Part shown: piece by piece, positions 59,845-64,000 of the stretch
How positions within the stretch are numbered: the first letter of the stretch is position 1
How the letters are laid out: the number at the start of each line of letters is the position of its first letter
DNA from: Leucoraja ocellata
Lineage: Eukaryota
NCBI GenBank assembly: GCA_036785375.1
Contig: JAWMAR010001454.1
Span: 186,001-250,000, forward strand
DNA: 64,000 nucleotides
Direction: 5' to 3'
Program-made: the position numbers and the translations under genes
The notes under the pieces: generated by a model
Told to the model about the DNA's origin: nothing
Databases searched by the model: none
What the model saw: the letters and a program-made list of their open reading frames with translations, nothing else

Positions 59845-61392
59845 CTGCAGTTCTTCTGCAGTTGTATAGGGCTCTGGTGCGACCACATCTGGAGTATTGT
59901 GTACAATTTTGGTCTCCTAATTTGAGGAAGGACATCCTTGTGATTGAGGCAGTGCAGCATGGGTTCACGAGATTGATCCCTGGGATGGCGGGACTGTCAT
60001 ATGAGGAAAGATTGAAAAGACTAGGCTTGTATTCACTGGAGTTTAGAAGGATGAGAGGGCATCTTATAGAAACATATAAAATTATAAAAGGAATGGACAA
60101 GTTAGATGCAGGAAAAATGTTCCCAATGTTGGGCAAGTCCAGAACCAGGGGCCACAGTCTTAGAATAAAGGGGAGGCCATTTAAGACTGAGGTGAGAATT
60201 TTTTTTTCACCCAGAGTGTTGTGAACTTCTGGAATTCCCTGCCACAGAGGGCAATGGAGGCCAAATCACTGGATGGATTTAAGAGAGAGTTAGATAGAGC
60301 TCTAGGGGCTGGTGGAATTTTGTATTGTATTGTATTGTATTGTATTGTATTCAAATTTATTGTCATTGTCTCAATTTAAGACAACAAAATGAATTTCCCT
60401 TTACAGGCAGTATCATAAAAAAAAAATCATCAAAAAAAACAATAATAATAAATAAATAATAAAACATATTAAAAATAAAATTGAAATAGAATTTTTTAAA
60501 AAAGCACAAACACAGAAAGTCCACGACACAACATAACATAAATGGCACCAAGGTGAGGACGGCACCATAGTCCAGCCAGCCTCCCCTCCGATCTTCCCAG
60601 ATGTTCATCCGTGGTCGGGGCCTTCCGAGCACCCGCAGTCGCCGCCCCGGGTGGCCCGATGTTCAGGCCCTCATGCCGGGCTGGTGGAACGCCGACGCCG
60701 AACCCCGACGGTGAACATCCTCCTCCTCAGCGGCCCGGACCTCCCGATCAGCCGCCTCCCGCTGCCGGAGTCTGCAGATCCTGAGTCCACAGGCCGAGCT
60801 GGGCAGAGTCACAGGACCCCGCGCTGTCCATCAGCGCCGCCCGCGTTGGGAGCTCCGCAAACCGCAGTTCCAGGATGTCGGTGCAGCAGGTCCAGCACTC
60901 CGGGCTCCAGACGGCGACCCCCGGTAAGGCATCGCCAGCCCCGCGATGTTCCAGCGCTGTCCCGCCGCTGCTGGAGCTCCGGTCGATCCCGGCAGGAAAA
61001 GCCGCGCCAATCCAGGTAGGTAGGCCGCTGTGGGGGGGGGGGGGGGGGGGCGAGGACGCGACTCGAATAATAGTTGCGTCCTCACCAGGAAGCGGCTGAA
61101 GGACGGTATCCCCCGCACCGTGCCCTCTTCCCCCACATAAAAACACCAAAAAAACACAAAAAAACACATTTTTTCATAACTAAATAAACAAAAAAGCAAA
61201 AAGATACCGGGCTGTAGGTGGAAGCTGCTGGCACCAGCGCCACCGGAAATACAATATCAAGGGATATGAGGAGAAGGCAGGCACGGGTTATTGATAGGGG
61301 ACGATCAGCCAAGATCACAATGAATGGCGGTGCTGGCTCGAAGGGCTGAATGGCCTCCTCCTGCACCTATGTTCTATGTTTCTATGTTTCTA
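59845..61392 (+). mobile_element. CR1 3' portion interrupted at ~60318-61257 by an antisense GC-rich non-coding retroelement with a (tacaa)n tail
   Basis: ORF 59715..60224. CR1 resumes at tcaagggatatgaggagaagg; the insert begins (tgtat)n caaatttattgtcattg. Confidence 0.75.
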
Positions 61393-61547
61393 CATAGATT
61401 TCTTAGATTATCTCCCCATTTAGAAAATAGGCTACGCCTGTGCTATACTATATTCCGTCTGCAACCTATCCAAGTCCTTCTGCAGAGTCCCTGCTTTCTC
61501 GACAATACCTGCCCTTCCATCTATTTCGTATAATATCTAATCTTGGC

Positions 61548-61980
61548 CACAAAGCCTTAAATACAGCCAGAAGTGCTCTGTCAGCCTACTTAACTCGAGC
61601 ACCAGGACTACAAGCCATAGGGTACCTCCCACTGGTGATCAAATTCAGGAGAGGCAAATCCCCCAGACCTAGGTACACCCAAATCTGGGATGTCAGTGTG
61701 GACCTGACGTGCCTTAGGGGATGGTCACCAGCCAGGTCCCTCACCCTGGAACAGCCCACCCTGAAGACGGTCATGCTGATGGCCTTGTCTCAGCACAAAG
61801 AGTCCAGTTCCTCCATCTACTTCGATTGGACAATATGGTTATAACACTAGACCGTGTTACATTTACCATTAGGGGCTGGTCAAACAGAGCAGACCAGGAA
61901 CATCAGGTCTAGTCATGGAATTCCGGGCATACCCACCTGAACCACGGTTATGTGTCATGACCTACTTATTGAACTACATC
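61548..61980 (+). mobile_element. DIRS tyrosine-recombinase fragment (copy 3)
   Basis: ALNTARSALSAYL..PRPRYTQIWDVSV..EFRAYPPEPRLCVMTYLL, homologous to 19377-20359. Confidence 0.85.
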
Positions 61981-64000
61981 TTTATTTATTTATTTATTTA
62001 TTTATTTTATTTATTCCGAACAAGTAAAGACATTAAAGACATTAATAGTAACAACATCGAAATTATCAAACAATTGGACATTACAATCAATATTTACAAG
62101 CAATGAAAAGAACAAAAAGCAAATTTCCAATGTCCAACTCTGTGTCTGTACAAGCTCGAAAAGGAGTGAGAAGAAGAATAACTTATTAAATCTCACCCCT
62201 TTTCCCCAACACTTCTACCATATTTAAAAATCAATTAATTAATAATAATAATACTACCCTAGGCAATTTCCCATAATACCTACAGACATATATATACATA
62301 CAACTATTATACACATACAAACTTCATATATGAAGTAACCAAACATAAGTAAACAATTGTAAAGAAATAGACAAACATTAACCCCCGCTTGTCAACCATC
62401 CCCTCTATCCCGGTACCCCTTGAAAATTATTTTTTTATATATCATTTTAAAATGATTCATGTTTGTACATTGCTTTAATTCCTCGTTCAATTTGTTCCAC
62501 ACTCCCACTCCACAAACCGAAATACAAAAGGTTTTTCTAGTCGTACGGACTCTTTGTTTCTTAAAATTAAATATTCCTCTTAAATTGTAACCCCCCACAC
62601 GCTCGTTAAATAATTTTTGAATGTTTCCAGGTAACTTTTTATTTTTGGCCCTAGACATTATCTGAGCTGTTTTGAATGTAACCAAATCTTCTAATTTTAA
62701 TAATTTTGACTCTAAAAATAATGGATTCGTATGACCCAGATACTTGGCATTATGTATAATACGAATTGCTCTTTTTTGCATCATGGTTAATGAGTGTATC
62801 GAATTTTTATAGTTATTGCCCCAGACTTCTGCACAATAATTTAAGTAGGGTAAGATTAATGAACAATAAAGAATGCGGAGTGATTTATAATCCAGAGCCT
62901 GCTTGGCTTTGTATAATACAGATACTTTTTGACAATTTTAATTTTACATGTTTATTTAATATGTGATTTCCAGCTTATTTTATCGTCAATTATAACCCCA
63001 AGAAATTTATTTTCATGCACTCGTTCAACTTCCACCCCATTTATCTTTATACTTACTAGTTTATTTATTCTGCAATTACCAAATAACATTATTTTAGTTT
63101 TACTCAAATTTAATGAAATTTTATTCCTATCAAACCATATTTTCAATTTACCCATTTCTTTTATTATTTTATCCAATAGCTGTTTTAAATTCTACCCAGA
63201 ACAAAAAATATTTGTATCATCTGCAAACAAAACCAGCCTCAAGGCATTGGACACATTACAAATATCGTTTATGTACATGATAAATAATTTTGGGCCCAGC
63301 ACTGACCCCTGTGGTACAACACAAACAATATCCAAGCATGTAGAATTATGACTACCCAGATTCACAAACTGGTGCCTGTTACTTAAGTAGCTTTTTATCC
63401 AGTCCAGTACTATTCCTCTGATTCCATACCTTTCCAATTTTTTAAATAAAATATCGTGATTAATTGTATCAAATGCTTTCTTTATGTCAATAAATATCCC
63501 AGCTGCATATAATTTATTATCAATGGCGTGTGTGATGTCTTCAATTGATTCTAATATTGCAAGTGATGTTGATCTGTTTGTTCTGAATCCATATTGACTT
63601 TCAGTGATTAATTTATTCTTTTCTACAAATTTATCTAATCTATTATTGAACATTTTTTCTAGTATTTTGGAAAATTGTGGGAGTAAGGAAACAGGTCTAT
63701 AGTTTGTAAAATGATACTTGTTCGCAGTTTTGTATATTGGTATTATTTTTGCTATTTTCATTTGAATTGGAAAAGTACCGGTTTGGAAAGATAAATTACA
63801 GATGAATGTTAAAGGTTTGGAGATCCCCTCAATGACCATCTTAACTAGCGACATGTCAATGTCGTTGAAATCGGTAGACTTTTTATTTTTACATGTTTTG
63901 ACAATATCCAGCAGTTCTTTTTCTTCTACTGCCGTAAGAAACATAGAGCAGGGATTTCTCTCCACTAAGTTCCCAGGAGTTTCTCCAGATGTCCCTGGAT
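61981..64000 (-). mobile_element. L2/Crack-like LINE (RT to 3' end), runs off the window's right edge
   Basis: [44 protein letters not shown] and LFADDT motifs; (taaa)n tail at 61981-62015. Confidence 0.85.

Noticed and set aside
60651-61199. GC-rich ORFs or a CpG-island gene start
   Set aside because: The region lies within a retroelement inserted into a CR1, and the overlapping low-complexity frames have no motifs.

Overview
This is eukaryotic DNA from a cartilaginous fish, most likely a skate or ray. That assignment is inferred from the repeat families and the immunoglobulin sequence. The only host gene I can support is an unrearranged, cluster-type immunoglobulin heavy-chain locus on the minus strand, most likely IgW (skate IgX). 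It comprises leader (9910-9955), V (9432-9735), D1 (9019-9029), D2 (8690-8701), J (8247-8294), CH1 (3614-3910) and CH2 (1529-1846). All six recombination signal sequences (RSSs) are present in a 23 | 12-D1-22 | 12-D2-12 | 23 arrangement and all splice junctions are in frame. Any remaining constant or tail exons would lie left of the window. The ~54 kb upstream of V is almost entirely nested transposable elements. These include many CR1 LINEs, Rex1/Babar, L1/Tx1, L2/Crack-like, Penelope fragments with hammerhead-ribozyme cores, V-SINEs, DNA-transposon derivatives, three DIRS1-type tyrosine-recombinase retrotransposons and one apparently intact young Ty3/Gypsy LTR element. The most interesting observations are: (1) the Gypsy element has no tRNA-type primer-binding site (PBS) but a self-complementary one, a self-priming candidate; (2) two DIRS copies sit at AAT sites 10 bp apart in the same CR1 motif; (3) the V domain has Leu in place of the canonical Trp41; (4) the J-C intron contains an octamer-bearing inverted duplication; (5) a disabled octamer/TATA/signal-peptide exon points away from the IgW V next to an assembly gap; and (6) an old ~1.7 kb duplication supplies the empty sites for three insertions. 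All calls are by eye with no database search, and repeat boundaries are approximate unless target-site duplications (TSDs) are quoted.
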